Assembly: GCA_021846515.1 (NCBI GenBank)
Contig: JAJZWU010000003.1
Coordinates: 27,266-91,265, forward strand
Direction of reading: 5' to 3'
Origin: Actinomycetes bacterium
Lineage (GTDB): Bacteria; Actinomycetota; Acidimicrobiia; Acidimicrobiales; JAMCPL01
Length of the DNA: 64,000 nucleotides
Part shown: positions 51,406 through 60,938 of the stretch, piece by piece
Numbering within the stretch: position 1 is the first letter of the stretch
Layout of the letters: each line of letters begins with the position of its first letter
The notes under the pieces: model-generated
Databases searched by the model: none
Told to the model about the DNA's origin: nothing
What the model saw: the letters and a program-made list of their open reading frames with translations, nothing else
Program-made: the position numbers and the translations under genes

Positions 51406-53382
51406 ATGTCTGGCGGCAATAAGACCAATAAGAATGTTGCATCTGGAGATGAACACTCAGTGGTGGATCACTCGGCTGGAAACGACAGTGCATCTCGAGA
51501 CATATTCGGCAATGAGCGTCCATACTATAGAGATGGTCGATACTGGATAACTATCCTTGCCATAGCCATCCTTTATGTAGCGCGCCTGGTTATGTCAATT
51601 GGACTTGGAGCCGGTATAGTAACTGCGCAGCCCGAGTTGACCACACTGGCTGTATTTCTGGTCCCTATTTTGTATTTGGCGTTGAATGTATCTACCGAGG
51701 GTGGGGTGAGTGGCACTATATGGGTGCTTATACTAAGTATACCACGTATAATAGCTTATTACCAGGAAAGGAGCTATGTAGGGGTATGGGCTCAAGCCAT
51801 GCAGGTGCTCGTCCTTGCCGTGATTGCAATCCTGGTAGGTCGCCAGGTAAGTGCAGAGCGTAGTGCAAGACTTCGCGCCGAAGGATCTCGTCGGGCGCAT
51901 TTAGCTGCTGAGGCCAGGTACTACAGCCTGTTCGAATCCAATGATTCACCAATTTTTCTGGTCAGCCATAGTGGAAAAATACTCGAGGTTAATCCTGCGG
52001 CCGCAAGGTTGTTTCCGATGAACAATGGGGATACTGGCACGAATGACCTTGGGGTAGGTGTGGATGGCGGCAGGGAGCGTTTCGAGTTGGTGCGTAAACA
52101 GCTGTATGAGTATCACGGAAGTCTTGATCTTGCTGCGATAGTAGGGCAAGGCGCCGCCAGGGAGTTACTGGCTCTTGGGTATCGTGTGATTGGAAGTGCT
52201 GATCCTGTACTTCATGTACAGCCAACAGTCACTTATCGAGAGTTTGTGCCTCCGCCAGATAGGGATGGCTTCTCAGTAGCTGGATTGACCGGCACGAACA
52301 ATGACAATCGCGCCATTAATAGCGCTACGGAGGATGCAAGCCCTCCCGGGAATAATTATCTATCTCACGGTCAACCCTCAAGCAGCAGCATATATAGTGG
52401 CCTTGAAGAATCTGGCATAGCTATCGTTAATGATAGTGGTTATATCGGCGAAAAGGCTGGCATTGGAGGGGGGCATATTGACAGAGAGTGTACGATGGGA
52501 GGGACAAGTGATAACGGTAATGCTACCGGCAGCGGTGTCCCGTTGGTGGAGATTAGCTACGGAGAGGGTGTCTACCTATTCAGGCCATCCGTAACTGCAA
52601 TTTACGACGAGTACAGCCAACCCATCCTCCAAGTGGTGCTGGAGGATGTCACCTCGGAGGCGGTCAACCTCAAAAATGCAGAATTGTATGCCAGAAAAGT
52701 CCTTGGTGCGCAGGAAGATGAGCGTAAACGCTTGGCGCAAGAGCTGCATGACGGACCGTTGCAATCTCTCATCCACTTATGTAGGCAGGTGGATGCAGTG
52801 TCCGGTGATGGAGAAGGGAAGAAGCAAGAGCTAGAGCAGGTTCGCGAAGTTGCCGAGGGAGTGGTGAGCGAGTTGAGATCCATAGCAAGGGGATTGCGCC
52901 CCTCTATACTTGATGACTTGGGACTGGTTACAGCCATATCACGACTTTTATCTGAGCTGGAAGAGAGAACGGGGATAAAGACTACCCTGGGGGTACATGG
53001 AATGGAGCGGAGACTGCCATCTCGGGTAGAAAGTTGCCTGTTTAGGGTTGCCCAGGAGGCGCTTTCCAATGTGGAAAGACATTCACATGCAACTCATGTC
53101 GCGGTTGGCCTGGAGACAGAGAGGGGAAATGTGCATTTTCTGGTAAATGATGATGGTGATGGGCTTGAGACCGACATAGTAGATTCTGCTGCAAGGGATA
53201 CTATGGGGGTGGCGGGCATGCAAGAGAGGGTAAGTCTATTGGGTGGTCGCCTGTACATAAGGTCTACGCCCAGAAAGGGAATAAACGACGCCATTACTGG
53301 TGTACTGCCAGGGCATACAGGTACATCCATAGAGGTTTTTCTTCCATACCTCCCAAGCTACGCTGAAGAGGCCAATTCCTAG
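51406..53382 (+). CDS. Sensor histidine kinase (membrane domain, PAS-like, HisKA_3, HATPase_c)
   Basis: ERKRLAQELHDGPLQSL (HisKA_3 H-box), NVERHSHATHV (N-box), VNDDGDGL (G1). YYSLFESNDSPIFLVSHSGKILEVNPAAARLF (PAS-like). Confidence 0.85.
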   Translation: MSGGNKTNKNVASGDEHSVVDHSAGNDSASRDIFGNERPYYRDGRYWITILAIAILYVARLVMSIGLGAGIVTAQPELTTLAVFLVPILYLALNVSTEGGVSGTIWVLILSIPRIIAYYQERSYVGVWAQAMQVLVLAVIAILVGRQVSAERSARLRAEGSRRAHLAAEARYYSLFESNDSPIFLVSHSGKILEVNPAAARLFPMNNGDTGTNDLGVGVDGGRERFELVRKQLYEYHGSLDLAAIVGQGAARELLALGYRVIGSADPVLHVQPTVTYREFVPPPDRDGFSVAGLTGTNNDNRAINSATEDASPPGNNYLSHGQPSSSSIYSGLEESGIAIVNDSGYIGEKAGIGGGHIDRECTMGGTSDNGNATGSGVPLVEISYGEGVYLFRPSVTAIYDEYSQPILQVVLEDVTSEAVNLKNAELYARKVLGAQEDERKRLAQELHDGPLQSLIHLCRQVDAVSGDGEGKKQELEQVREVAEGVVSELRSIARGLRPSILDDLGLVTAISRLLSELEERTGIKTTLGVHGMERRLPSRVESCLFRVAQEALSNVERHSHATHVAVGLETERGNVHFLVNDDGDGLETDIVDSAARDTMGVAGMQERVSLLGGRLYIRSTPRKGINDAITGVLPGHTGTSIEVFLPYLPSYAEEANS

Positions 53383-53903
53383 TGAATGGAGCTGCCAGAC
53401 ATCTTATAACGGCATGGGAGCTCATGATAGTTGTTGTGCTTGTTATTGTAGGTGCTGGTTTTTCGTATTTGGTATATTCAACTCAACGCAATAATGCCTT
53501 GAATAAGGTTGCTGTCAGCGATTTGTCAAGTGCTATCAGCGCTACCAGGGAGGTGTACTACCAGTCTGGAGCAAGTAATCGATCATTCAGCTACGTTTCG
53601 GAACAGCACCTGGAGGCAGCAGATGGTTATCTTCGTTGGACGACCGGCACATCAAGCTACCCGTCGGTTGTTAGTTATTACGTACCTTCGTGGCCTTCCA
53701 AAGCACATCCTGAAGCGTTATACATTGCTCTACGTTCAGCTACCGGTTTGTGCTTTTTTGCGGTACAGGTTGCTTCACGCACAACCTATTATTTACCGGC
53801 TTCTCATAAATCATTTCCAATGGGAACATGGCATTCGTCATACAACGGGCGAACCTGCCAAGCCTTCATGCTGACAAGTACCTCTTTATCCTGGTCTAAG
53901 TAG
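53382..53903 (+). CDS. Pilin-like small secreted/membrane protein (degenerate type IV pilin N-terminus)
   Basis: HLITAWELMIVVVLVIVGAGFS resembles the FTLIELMIVV pilin helix with Glu at +5, but Leu replaces the -1 Gly. The GTG start shares one nucleotide with the kinase stop (TAGTG). Confidence 0.4.
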   Translation: MNGAARHLITAWELMIVVVLVIVGAGFSYLVYSTQRNNALNKVAVSDLSSAISATREVYYQSGASNRSFSYVSEQHLEAADGYLRWTTGTSSYPSVVSYYVPSWPSKAHPEALYIALRSATGLCFFAVQVASRTTYYLPASHKSFPMGTWHSSYNGRTCQAFMLTSTSLSWSK

Positions 53904-53909
53904 TTTTAG

Positions 53910-54224
53910 TTAGTGCCTTCCAGCTCTTAACTCTTCGAGGCTCAGTTCAGTAGTTGCTTCCTCACCACATTCTGGGCATGTTTGATTATCTATGTGTCTC
54001 CAAGAACGCAACAATCTTGTGCCAGAGGGATCAAGATGCACAACAAAGGAGTCGCTTAGAGGGTCTATCTCCAGCCCCCAGTAGGGGCGCCATCCTGTTG
54101 ATGCCAATCTTGGGTCTAAGTCGATTCCTTTCAAGACCCTACGGAAACGCATCTTGCTTTCGTCAAATATCCATGTGCTATGACAAGATTCTATGATAAG
54201 TTCATTCGAGTGGTCTGTCTTCAT
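53910..54224 (-). CDS. Hypothetical protein
   Basis: 104 codons. It contains CPECG near the C-terminus; no family recognised. Confidence 0.45.
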   Translation of the reverse strand: MKTDHSNELIIESCHSTWIFDESKMRFRRVLKGIDLDPRLASTGWRPYWGLEIDPLSDSFVVHLDPSGTRLLRSWRHIDNQTCPECGEEATTELSLEELRAGRH

Positions 54225-54428
54225 ACCCTCTATTATTGCTCATCTAAATGACGGAAGCACTACGACAATGTTACATTTAGGTTACAATTTGAGGTGATAT
54301 CTTCCAATTTACATCAACTGTCCCAAGATGACATCACGACTGCTGGTTTACTGCAAAAAGCGCACTTATTGAGTGGCGTGTAAATTGCTGGAGTAACAAG
54401 GTAGAAGGCTCTGTTCATCTGCTAAAAG

Positions 54429-55241
54429 CTAAAAGTGTAGTACTCCAGCGCTTATCAATAGGAGGATAGCAACAATTGCTGCTACCAGTACGATTGCTAT
54501 TCCTGTCATCAGTGGGGATACTTTCCTTGCTGTTCCCTTCTTACCCTTTTTAGCCTGACATAAGGGGGTGAGCGTAGCAATCTGCGAGATGAGGGATTCC
54601 GGCTCTTGCGTTGGAACAATAAAATGGTGACCCTTATCGCTTGAAGCAATTTCCATTACAATAGCACTTCGTCCGTCAGGAGCTTCGGTCTGTTCAACTC
54701 CGCTTACGCTGGCAACCCCGCTCCAGCCGTACACGGCAGCTTGTGCACCATTGGGCTTGTTGATTTCGATACCTGACGTTTTGAACGTCAAAGACATATT
54801 GGGGACTGCAATTGGAGCATTGTTTGTATCGTATGTGAGCAGAAATGCTTCTTGGATGTCTAGAAATACACTTTCTTCTGCAACGGGCGCACCGAGGGAT
54901 TCGTTATGCGCGGGAGCTGTGGGTCCCGGCGCAGGTAGTGGTGCCGGATGCGTTGGGGGTGGTCCGGCGGAAGCGGGTGATGCCTCAGGTGACGGAGTGG
55001 GTGTCATTGCAGGTGCCGGGGAAGCTGCTGGCGGGGAAGCGGGAGCTGTGGGTCCCGGCGCAGGTGCGGGTGTCCCCGGAAACCCCGGCGGCGGCGGTAT
55101 TGGTGGGGCTGCAGCAGGTGCAGGTGCTGGCGGGGAAGCGGGAGCTGTGGGTCCCGGCGCAGGTGCGGGCGTCCCCGGAAACCCCGGCGGCGGCGGTATT
55201 AACCCCGGTGGTCTTTGAACATTACTCTGGTTTTCTTCCAC
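54429..55241 (-). CDS. Proline-rich protein with globular middle domain and C-terminal TM anchor
   Basis: GTG start. PPPPGFPGTPAPAPGPTAPASPPA occurs twice. C-terminal TM: LMTGIAIVLVAAIVAILLLISAGVL. Confidence 0.5.
   Translation of the reverse strand: MEENQSNVQRPPGLIPPPPGFPGTPAPAPGPTAPASPPAPAPAAAPPIPPPPGFPGTPAPAPGPTAPASPPAASPAPAMTPTPSPEASPASAGPPPTHPAPLPAPGPTAPAHNESLGAPVAEESVFLDIQEAFLLTYDTNNAPIAVPNMSLTFKTSGIEINKPNGAQAAVYGWSGVASVSGVEQTEAPDGRSAIVMEIASSDKGHHFIVPTQEPESLISQIATLTPLCQAKKGKKGTARKVSPLMTGIAIVLVAAIVAILLLISAGVLHF
55027..55200 (-). repeat. Near-perfect approx. 74-nt direct repeat with 99-nt period inside the Pro-rich gene
   Basis: gctggcggggaagcgggagctgtgggtcccggcgcaggtgcggg(t/c)gtccccggaaaccccggcggcggcggtatt occurs at 55027 and 55126. 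Confidence 0.9.
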
Positions 55242-55444
55242 AATATAAGTTATCTTAACCCATAAGCGGGGTCAGTGTAAACTATTTGGAGATATTAGTC
55301 GGTGTTGTGTCGTGCTGTATCTGATGAGTTCTTCATTGGCTTCGTAGCGCTCAACCGTCAGGAGCTAGACCACAGGGCACTGTGTTATGCCGTAATCTAA
55401 TATCAGTGTAGAATATATAGGTATTTATTAGATATGCAAGAAAG

Positions 55445-56383
55445 GTGATGCAGATGCCTATAGAGCCAACAGAGTTTATATGGATGAATGGTGAGATGGT
55501 TCCTTGGCAGGAAGCCAATGTCCATGTACTTACTCACGCCCTTCACTACGGTAGCGGGGTATTTGAGGGCATACGCGCTTATCGTACCGAGCGTGGAGTG
55601 GCAGTATTCAGGCTTGCCGACCACATAGACAGACTTCTTGCTTCAGCTAAGATCCTGATGATGGATACCCCGTTTACCGCCAACCAGTTGGTAGATGCTA
55701 CCAAAGAACTTATAAAGGTGAACCATCTTGATGACGGGTGCTATATAAGGCCAATCATGTTTCTTGGCTATGGAGAGATGGGTCTTAACACAATTCCATG
55801 CAAGACCGATGTTGCGATAGCTGCATGGCCGTGGGGTACATACCTTGGAGAGGAGGGGATGGCCAAGGGTATTCGTATGAAGGTCTCTTCGTGGCAGCGC
55901 CATAGCCCGAACGCGATACCTACAGCTGCAAAGAATACGGGGATGTACGTCAATTCTTCACTTGCCAAGTTGGAAGCTCTAAGGGCTGGCTACGATGAAG
56001 CCATTGTTTTGGCTCCGGACGGAAGGGTGTCTGAATGTACCGGTGAGAATATCTTTGCAATCAAGCGTGGGCGTATTATCACGCCACAGGTCTCCCAGGC
56101 GGGGGCACTTTCGGGCATTACCATGGACTCCATAGAGACTATAGCGAGAGATTTGGGATACACCGTGGTCAATGAACCTCTCATAAGAACGGATTTTTAC
56201 CTGGCTGACGAGGCATTTCTTACCGGAACAGCAGCAGAGGTAGTTCCTGTGGTCGAGGTGGACGACAGGGTGGTCGGTAACGGCCAACCAGGCCCTATCA
56301 CTAAAGAGATACAGTCTACCTACCTTGCAGCGGTACGTGGAGAGCTCGACAGATATAAGGATTGGCTCGACTATGTCGACTGA
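55445..56383 (+). CDS. ilvE: Branched-chain amino acid aminotransferase (class IV)
   Basis: IWMNGEMVPWQEANVHVLTHALHYGSGVFEGIRAY. The start is ATG 55445 or 55454. Confidence 0.9.
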   Translation: MMQMPIEPTEFIWMNGEMVPWQEANVHVLTHALHYGSGVFEGIRAYRTERGVAVFRLADHIDRLLASAKILMMDTPFTANQLVDATKELIKVNHLDDGCYIRPIMFLGYGEMGLNTIPCKTDVAIAAWPWGTYLGEEGMAKGIRMKVSSWQRHSPNAIPTAAKNTGMYVNSSLAKLEALRAGYDEAIVLAPDGRVSECTGENIFAIKRGRIITPQVSQAGALSGITMDSIETIARDLGYTVVNEPLIRTDFYLADEAFLTGTAAEVVPVVEVDDRVVGNGQPGPITKEIQSTYLAAVRGELDRYKDWLDYVD

Positions 56384-58127
56384 TCATACTCATCATGCTA
56401 CGTCGACTGGCCATACTGACCATTTGGCTTACGACGCCGCCACGGTAGGTGCATTGGCATCTGCTTCTATTGACATATTCGACACTACGTTGCGCGATGG
56501 ATCTCAGCAAGAGGGTTTATCGCTTACCGTGGATGATAAGCTGAGAGTGGCTGAGCAACTTGATTATCTTGGTGTACGATACATTGAGGGTGGTTGGCCT
56601 GGTGCAAATCCAAAGGATGATGAGTTCTTCAAACGTGCGCCACATGAATTAAAGCTGGATCATGCTACTTTGGTGGCCTTCGGATCTACCAGACATCCTG
56701 GAGCGAAGGCCGAAGAGGATCAAGTGTTACGTCATTTGGTAGATGCGGACACAGAGGAAGTCTGCATTGTCGCAAAGGCCTCTTCTATCCAGGTCAAAAA
56801 GGCATTGCGTACCACGCTGGAAGAGGGAATTGCAATGGCTTATGATTCGGTGTCCTACCTTGTTTCAAGGGGGCTCAGGGTGTTCTTCGATGCCGAACAT
56901 TTCTTTGACGGGTACCTGGCAAACCCGAAGTTTTCACTTGCTGTTCTAAAGGCTGCCGAGGAGGCAGGGGCATCTACGCTTGTACTTTGCGATACAAATG
57001 GGGGTATGTTGCCCTCGCAGATAGATAGTATTGTTAGAGAGGTAAAATCACGTAGCGGGATACAAATAGGTATACATTGCCATAATGATACCGGATGTGC
57101 GGTGGCCAACTCTATTGCGGCCGTTCAGGCAGGTGTTACTCATGTGCAGGGATGCGTTAACGGGTATGGAGAAAGGACAGGTAATGCAGATCTCACTTCT
57201 GTCATACCTGATCTGAATTTAAAGCTAAAAATCGATACGATCCCTGCCGATAGGCTGGAAAGGGTTACTTCTGTATCTCACCACATAGCAGAGTTGGTGA
57301 ACATCCCACCCCGTCCTCAGCAACCATATGTAGGTTCTGCAGCATTTGCCCATAAGGCCGGCTTGCATACCAGTGCAATAGCCAGGATGAGGGATGCTTA
57401 CGAACACATCAATCCTGAGCTGGTAGGTAACGGGACGAGGTTTGTCGTATCGGAGATGGCCGGAAGGTCTACCTTGGTTCTGCAGGCAGAGCGTCTTGGT
57501 CTTTCGCTCGACTCAAACGCCGTAGCAAAGGCAATTGAGCAACTCAAAAGACTCGAACACATGGGATACCACTTTGAAACGGCAGACGGTTCGTTGGAGC
57601 TCCTGCTGAGGAAGGCTGCCGGATGGAAGCAGGAGTTTTACCGGGTGGAATCGTACAGGGTGATGTCAGATCATATCCCGGTCAGCAGTAGAGGCGTTAC
57701 TATGGATGGCGCAGAGGCGGCAGAGTTTGCTTTTACTGACCCAAATGAGCATACGGCCAACTATGAATCCACAGAGGCTACCGTAAAGGTACTTATAGAC
57801 GGAGAGAGGATTATTGCCACCGCAGAAGGGAACGGTCCGGTCAACGCCCTGGATGCTGCATTGCGCAAGGCAATAGGTGGCCACTATCCTGAATTGCGTT
57901 GTATACATCTTGTCGACTACCGCGTCCGAGTGCTAAATAGCGCAAAGGGTACCGCGTCTGCAACACGCGTCCTTATAGACACAACCGATGGGACACGCGT
58001 ATGGACTACCATGGGGGTCTCTGAAAATATAATAGAAGCCTCTTGGCAGGCACTTGACGATTCAATAATATGCGGCTTACTGGCAGCATCTGATAAGCTT
58101 GATCGCACAGATGAAGAGTGCTCGTAG
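56373..58127 (+). CDS. cimA: Citramalate synthase (2-isopropylmalate synthase/homocitrate synthase family)
   Basis: IDIFDTTLRDGSQQEGLSLTVDDKLRVAEQLDYLGVRYIEGGWPGANPKDDEFF and HCHNDTGCAVANS. C-terminal LeuA-dimer-like regulatory domain. The start ATG 56373 overlaps the ilvE 3' end. Confidence 0.8.
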   Translation: MSTDHTHHATSTGHTDHLAYDAATVGALASASIDIFDTTLRDGSQQEGLSLTVDDKLRVAEQLDYLGVRYIEGGWPGANPKDDEFFKRAPHELKLDHATLVAFGSTRHPGAKAEEDQVLRHLVDADTEEVCIVAKASSIQVKKALRTTLEEGIAMAYDSVSYLVSRGLRVFFDAEHFFDGYLANPKFSLAVLKAAEEAGASTLVLCDTNGGMLPSQIDSIVREVKSRSGIQIGIHCHNDTGCAVANSIAAVQAGVTHVQGCVNGYGERTGNADLTSVIPDLNLKLKIDTIPADRLERVTSVSHHIAELVNIPPRPQQPYVGSAAFAHKAGLHTSAIARMRDAYEHINPELVGNGTRFVVSEMAGRSTLVLQAERLGLSLDSNAVAKAIEQLKRLEHMGYHFETADGSLELLLRKAAGWKQEFYRVESYRVMSDHIPVSSRGVTMDGAEAAEFAFTDPNEHTANYESTEATVKVLIDGERIIATAEGNGPVNALDAALRKAIGGHYPELRCIHLVDYRVRVLNSAKGTASATRVLIDTTDGTRVWTTMGVSENIIEASWQALDDSIICGLLAASDKLDRTDEECS

Positions 58128-58192
58128 ACGAATAGTGCTTGCAGGAAATGGAGATCTCCGAGAACAAAAAATGAGAACAAAAGGATAAGTAG

Positions 58193-58660
58193 ATGACTCA
58201 ACCAACTTTCGAACCTATTACCCAGGCTCAGCGGGTGCGACATTCAAGGAAACTTCACGTTCCGGATCACTGGACAGCACACCGACCGGCAGATCTTCAA
58301 CCAAACAGCGTTGGTCGAGAAGTAGATGAATATACTTATAGTGGCCGTCCCGGGCCTGACCAGGGGTACGCATTGAAGCTTGCTCACGACATGCTGTCCT
58401 CAGAGATTACCCTGAAAGATGGAGAATCGGAAGAAGATGTAGTGGCAGGGTTGGCAGCTATTGCTACTGCCAGAGCTGCTTCGATTGGGAGAGCTCCGGT
58501 TGGAGCCGACGTAAGTTATGCGGCAAAACTATTCGATTACGATAAGGAAACCCCATCTACCAAAGTATTGGAGAAGCGCAAAGAAGCATTTTCATCTGCA
58601 GCTCATGATTACAAGGCGAGACGCAGGCTGGTGGCTTCTGTAAAATCGCAGCAGAGGTAG
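58193..58660 (+). CDS. Hypothetical protein
   Basis: 155-codon ORF with no overlapping competitor; no motif recognised. Confidence 0.5.
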   Translation: MTQPTFEPITQAQRVRHSRKLHVPDHWTAHRPADLQPNSVGREVDEYTYSGRPGPDQGYALKLAHDMLSSEITLKDGESEEDVVAGLAAIATARAASIGRAPVGADVSYAAKLFDYDKETPSTKVLEKRKEAFSSAAHDYKARRRLVASVKSQQR

Positions 58661-58664
58661 GTCC

Positions 58665-58687
58665 GCCGCCAGCATCCAGCGGCTTTC
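58665..58687 (+). terminator. Weak hairpin (GCCGC-9 nt-GCGGC) followed by TTTC between convergent genes
   Basis: Read directly. The stem is short and the U-tract poor, so this is only a tentative terminator. Confidence 0.25.
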
Positions 58688-58747
58688 AACCTTTACCGAT
58701 TCCTGTAGACGGCATCGGCCAATTCGCCACTCGCTACGGCAGTGTTC

Positions 58748-59593
58748 TTACAACTGGCAATGTTCGCAGAAGAACGTAGACCTACCTGACACCTTTACGC
58801 GTTTTATCTTGCGCTTGCACCGTGGACAGGGAAGCCCCTCGCGATCGTAGACTTTATGCTGTCCCTGGAAGTCGCCCGATTCTCCATATATGTCCTTGTA
58901 TGCCTCGTCAGCCAGGGATGATCCACGAAGCTGTACGGCTTCGTTCAACAACTCGATCATAGATCGGTGCAGGCGTCGTGCTTCCTGGGACGACAGGGTA
59001 TTGCATTTTCTATCGTATCTTAGTCCTGCAGCAAACAATATCTCATCAGAGTATATATTACCTATACCGGCGACGAATTCCTGGTCCATTAGCAGGGCTT
59101 TCAATTGGGTATTACGCTGGGAGAGTATGGCTGTAAATTGCATCCAGCTTATCTGGTTCGCAAGTGGGTCAAAGCCCAGGTGAAGCAGTTCAGCCGGTAT
59201 CATCCTGGCATTTCCCTCCGCTGGCCGTGCAACAAACATTTCACCGAAGGTACGTGGATCTACAAATCTTAGTTGCCCACCCTGACTCAACGTTATAATG
59301 ACATGGGTATGCTCCGGTACCGGTTCCCTGGTTCCCTTTGCACGTAGTAACTGGCCACTCATACCGAGATGTATAACCAGGATGTCATCTCCGCTCAAAT
59401 TAAACAGCAGGTACTTTCCTATCCTCCTTATCTGGTTAATTCTTTTTCCCTGCAGGCTGGCAGCCAGCTGTTTGGGATCGTCGTGTCTCCTGACGGATCT
59501 CTTGCCAAGAATCTCTACCGATTTGATTTTCTTGCCGGTTATCTCCTTGTCGAGTTCTCGTCGTATTGTTTCTACTTCAGGCAATTCGGGCAT
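58748..59593 (-). CDS. mutM: Formamidopyrimidine-DNA glycosylase
   Basis: MPELPEVETIRREL N-terminus. C-terminal zinc finger CPRCKRKIKRVKVSGRSTFFCEHCQ. Confidence 0.9.
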   Translation of the reverse strand: MPELPEVETIRRELDKEITGKKIKSVEILGKRSVRRHDDPKQLAASLQGKRINQIRRIGKYLLFNLSGDDILVIHLGMSGQLLRAKGTREPVPEHTHVIITLSQGGQLRFVDPRTFGEMFVARPAEGNARMIPAELLHLGFDPLANQISWMQFTAILSQRNTQLKALLMDQEFVAGIGNIYSDEILFAAGLRYDRKCNTLSSQEARRLHRSMIELLNEAVQLRGSSLADEAYKDIYGESGDFQGQHKVYDREGLPCPRCKRKIKRVKVSGRSTFFCEHCQL

Positions 59594-59602
59594 ATTGTCA
59601 AC

Positions 59603-60349
59603 TCACGTATTTTCCAGTGCTGCCTTTGCAGCCATCTGCTCAGCGCTCTTTTTAGAGCTACCAGTTCCACTCCCCCTCAGCTCTCCATCTATATATACAT
59701 GTGCATTGAAATGCCGCGCATGATCAGGTCCTTCACCATCTACTACATACTCAGGTAGTTTGCCGGAATCCTTTTGTGTGATCATTTGCAGGCTCTCCTT
59801 GTAATTGTACATGCCGGGTGACTTTGACGCCTGTTCAATTGGCTCTTTAAACCACCCTATTATTACCTCATATACTGTTTTCAGATCTGAACCACTATCT
59901 ATATATATTGCCCCAATAAGTGCCTCAAGGACATCAGAGAGAATGGATGGCTTGGATTGTCCTCCTTCCGCCATCTCCCCTCTGCCTAGTTTAACGAGAT
60001 GGCTCAAACCTATTTTAGTGGCAATTTTAGCAAGTGGAAGTTGCGATACTACGTCTGAACGCATCTTCGCCAGTGGACCTTCTTTCATGCCCGGCCACCC
60101 CTTATACGTGTAATCAGCTACCACCAGAGAAAGTACGGCATCTCCAAGGTATTCAAGGCGCTCGTAGGATTGCACATTATCGAACATCTTGCTCCAAGAG
60201 CGATGAGACATGGCGGTCTCCAATAGCGCCATGTCTCGAAAGCTGTATCCAATCTCTTTTTGCAGACTATTAAGCGCGCTGGAAAAGATGGCCCCATCTC
60301 CGTCCGCGGAATCCTCCCCTGTGGGTTTCCGTAAAGAGGTTGTAGTCAA
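59603..60349 (-). CDS. rnc: Ribonuclease III
   Basis: ERLEYLGDAVLSLVV signature. C-terminal dsRBD (GPDHARHFNAHVYIDGELRGSGTGSSKKSAEQMAAKAAL). Confidence 0.9.
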   Translation of the reverse strand: MTTTSLRKPTGEDSADGDGAIFSSALNSLQKEIGYSFRDMALLETAMSHRSWSKMFDNVQSYERLEYLGDAVLSLVVADYTYKGWPGMKEGPLAKMRSDVVSQLPLAKIATKIGLSHLVKLGRGEMAEGGQSKPSILSDVLEALIGAIYIDSGSDLKTVYEVIIGWFKEPIEQASKSPGMYNYKESLQMITQKDSGKLPEYVVDGEGPDHARHFNAHVYIDGELRGSGTGSSKKSAEQMAAKAALENT

Positions 60350-60642
60350 TCTGATTCCAAGCGCTCCATAATGTAGTCTACGGCATCCCTTACAGTTCTC
60401 AAGTCCTCCAAATCCTCATCATCGATACGAAACCCTTCTATTCTGGACCCCATTTCCTCTTCAAGCCCTTCTACCAACTCAATGAGCGCCAGAGAGTCAG
60501 CACCGAGATCGTCTGCGAATGAAGATGCCTCGGTGATAGTAGACGGGTCTATCTCCAGTATGTCTGCAAGCTGGTCTCTTATGAGCGATATTATCTGGTT
60601 GCGGCCGATTGGTAGTAAGTCAGCCTCTGTTCCTGATGCCAT
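60346..60642 (-). CDS. Acyl carrier protein-like protein
   Basis: 98 codons. LGADSLALIELVEGLEEE (DSL phosphopantetheine site). 4-nt overlap with the rnc start. Confidence 0.7.
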   Translation of the reverse strand: MASGTEADLLPIGRNQIISLIRDQLADILEIDPSTITEASSFADDLGADSLALIELVEGLEEEMGSRIEGFRIDDEDLEDLRTVRDAVDYIMERLESD

Positions 60643-60725
60643 TTATCCGGTTCCTCCGTGTTTGTCTAAGTATTCCAGTCCTCTGTAGCGTGCCGGAATA
60701 TATTTATTTTAATATAGAATCTCAG

Positions 60726-60799
60726 CTCCGGGGGAGAGACTCGAACTCTCAACCCAGCGGTTAACAGCCGCTTGCTCTGCCAAATTGAGCTACCCCGGA
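60726..60799 (-). tRNA. tRNA-Asn (anticodon GUU)
   Basis: Reverse complement: TCCGGGG-TA-GCTC-AATTTGGCA-GAGC-A-AGCGG-CTGTTAA-CCGCT-GGGTT-GAGAG-TTCGAGT-CTCTC-CCCCGGA-G. Confidence 0.9.
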
Positions 60800-60938
60800 A
60801 AGTGCATGTGCAGCTGCTTCGTTTACATCGGTAGTCGCTTCGCTAATGCCCCCTGTTGCCAGAGGGAATGCAGCTAAATCCCATGCCAATATCCAATGTT
60901 AACAATAGCAGATTATGCGAACCATGTCAGTTGCATGC

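Noticed and set aside
55321-55328. CTGATGAG box upstream of ilvE (hammerhead ribozyme core?)
   Set aside because: The second conserved hammerhead element (CGAAA) and the flanking helices are absent. It is an isolated 8-mer.
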